A stretch of 64,000 nucleotides of DNA, from NCBI GenBank assembly GCA_023205875.1, contig CP060755.1:1240001-1304000 (forward strand). The letters are read 5' to 3'. Of the stretch, positions 62,433 to 64,000 are shown one piece after another; the first letter of the stretch is position 1; every line of letters starts with the position of its first letter. This stretch comes from Chloropicon primus (lineage: Eukaryota). Both the position numbers and the translations under genes were made by a program. A model generated the notes under the pieces. That model saw only the letters and a program-made list of their open reading frames with translations. It was not told the DNA's origin and made no database searches.

Positions 62433-63989
62433 ATGAATGTGGGGGTGGCCTCGACGGCCTCCGCTCGGTGCGGGTGCAAGACCATGAGGCTTGGCGCGGA
62501 GCGGTGCGGGTACGGTCGACGGGAGAGCTCGAGGAGGGTGAACTCGTCTTCGTCGTCATTTTCCCCTTTGCTTCCAGAGGTGAGGAGGACAGGACAACGG
62601 AGGAGGAGCAAGGTCGTGTGGAGGGCGAGCCCGGGGGAAGCGTCTTGGCTCTCGGAGGTCGCCGACAACGTGGTTTTCCAGAACCTCGCGGCAGTGCTCA
62701 ACCAGGGCGGGCAGGTCGCGCTTCACGTCTTGCCCTCGCCGTTGGACAACATCGTGAGCACCCTGATATTCGACCTGTCCAACGCATTTCTCGGGGAGAT
62801 CACCAGCCTGGCGCTGCTTCACTTCTTCGCCGTCTACTACTTCGTGTTCGCGAACCCCAAGCCCATCATCGGCTTCCTGGACTACTACATCGTGGGCCCG
62901 ATCGATGCCCTGATTCGCAACAGTGGCCTGGACCAGAGGGACTTCAAGCTGAGGGGAACCCTCGGGGGCGGGAACTTTGGCACCATCTACGAGGCGGTGA
63001 GGCTCAAGAAGGGCGAGGAGGACTCGGACTTGGCTGATCTGTCTGAAAGGGAGGAAGAGGCGCGGAAAGTGGTCATGAAGAGGATCAAGAAGGACAATCT
63101 CGGCGTCAGGAAGGATTTCCTGGCGCAGGGCACGATGGCCCAAGGCACGGAGGAGACCGGGCTCGCGGAGGCGTTCTTCTGCCAGAGAATAAAGCGGAAC
63201 CCGCTCGCGGCGAAGCACTGCGCCACGTTTCTGGGGGAGTTCGTCGCAGACGAGTTCGGGCGAGGGTACGACAAGGACTCCCAGTGGCTGGTCTTCAAGT
63301 ACGAGAGCGAAATTACGCTCGCTGACACCATAGAAGGCAGAATAGGGCCGTACCCAGAGTGCCTGGAGGATTTCAGCAACAATCGAAGCGAGGCGGGAAT
63401 GATCAAGAAGATCATGAAGGAGCTGCTCGAAGGCATTTCGGCTCTGAATACCATGGGCATCGTCCACCGAGATATCAAGCCAGAAAACATTCTCTTGACC
63501 GAGAGGGGGGATGTGAAGCTCATCGACTTTGGAGCTGCGGCGGACCTCTGCACGGGCGTGAATTTCAATCCAAAGACCGGGTTTCTCGACCCCCGGTACT
63601 GCCCCCCGGAGGAATTCGTGGTGCCCCAGAACTTCCCTAGGGCACCGATAGCGGCGCTGTCCACCCTCGCTTCGCCCTTGGTGTGGAACTACACCAAGCC
63701 GGGGCTCTTTGACGTGTACGCCGTTGGAATCATCTTCCTGCAGATGACCGTCCCTCAGATGAGAAAGGCGAATTTCTTCCGAACCTTTCAGAGGGAAATG
63801 AAAAAGTTTGACTACGACCTCCAGGAGTGGAGGCGGTCCAAGGCATCGTCAGCCTCTCAGGCCGACTTCTCCGAGCTCGACACGAAGTTTGGATCGGGGT
63901 GGGACTTGGCATGTAAAATGATCTCCTTGAAGAGCAAAAGGATTTCTGCCAAGGCTGCCTTGAGGCACCCTTACTTCTTGATCCTGTAA
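62433..63989 (+). CDS. STN8: Thylakoid Ser/Thr kinase of the STN7/STN8 family, most like STN8/STL1
   Basis: Transit peptide and TM segment. LGGGNFG, QWLVFKYE, HRDIKPEN, IDFGAAADL.TG.NF.P..LDPRY.PPE, GWDLA, ALRHPYF. Confidence 0.78.
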   Translation: MNVGVASTASARCGCKTMRLGAERCGYGRRESSRRVNSSSSSFSPLLPEVRRTGQRRRSKVVWRASPGEASWLSEVADNVVFQNLAAVLNQGGQVALHVLPSPLDNIVSTLIFDLSNAFLGEITSLALLHFFAVYYFVFANPKPIIGFLDYYIVGPIDALIRNSGLDQRDFKLRGTLGGGNFGTIYEAVRLKKGEEDSDLADLSEREEEARKVVMKRIKKDNLGVRKDFLAQGTMAQGTEETGLAEAFFCQRIKRNPLAAKHCATFLGEFVADEFGRGYDKDSQWLVFKYESEITLADTIEGRIGPYPECLEDFSNNRSEAGMIKKIMKELLEGISALNTMGIVHRDIKPENILLTERGDVKLIDFGAAADLCTGVNFNPKTGFLDPRYCPPEEFVVPQNFPRAPIAALSTLASPLVWNYTKPGLFDVYAVGIIFLQMTVPQMRKANFFRTFQREMKKFDYDLQEWRRSKASSASQADFSELDTKFGSGWDLACKMISLKSKRISAKAALRHPYFLIL

Positions 63990-64000
63990 ATTTGTAGAAT

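Overview
This is eukaryotic nuclear DNA from a very compact, GC-rich green-algal genome. It holds about 37 tightly packed genes with short GT-AG introns (CTGAC/CTRAC branch sites), plastid/mitochondrial presequences and thylakoid genes. The style suggests a Chloropicon-like picoalga, which is an inference. Most genes are housekeeping or organellar: NVL/Rix7, LCB2, RtcB, RGP, TFB5, DHX36, POP, PrmC, TIC40, COQ2, AC19, RsmH, RsmD, CYP59, STN8-like. Several others are cilium/basal-body type. The most striking observation is outside the ORF track: a U4 spliceosomal snRNA gene (59372-~59610) split by a 94-nt spliceosomal-type intron inside its U6-pairing 5' arm, ending only about 140 nt upstream of the CYP59/PPIL4 start codon. 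Other notable items are a probably plastid-targeted SepF, a bacterial-type family II Mn-pyrophosphatase with an MGxxC lipid-anchor N-terminus, NAP1 of the SCAR/WAVE complex, a GT61 with surface-protein architecture, a MULE-like zinc-finger orphan, and an atypical ~1.3 kb island with a 17-bp x6 tandem array. All family calls come from motif recognition by eye; no database searches were run.
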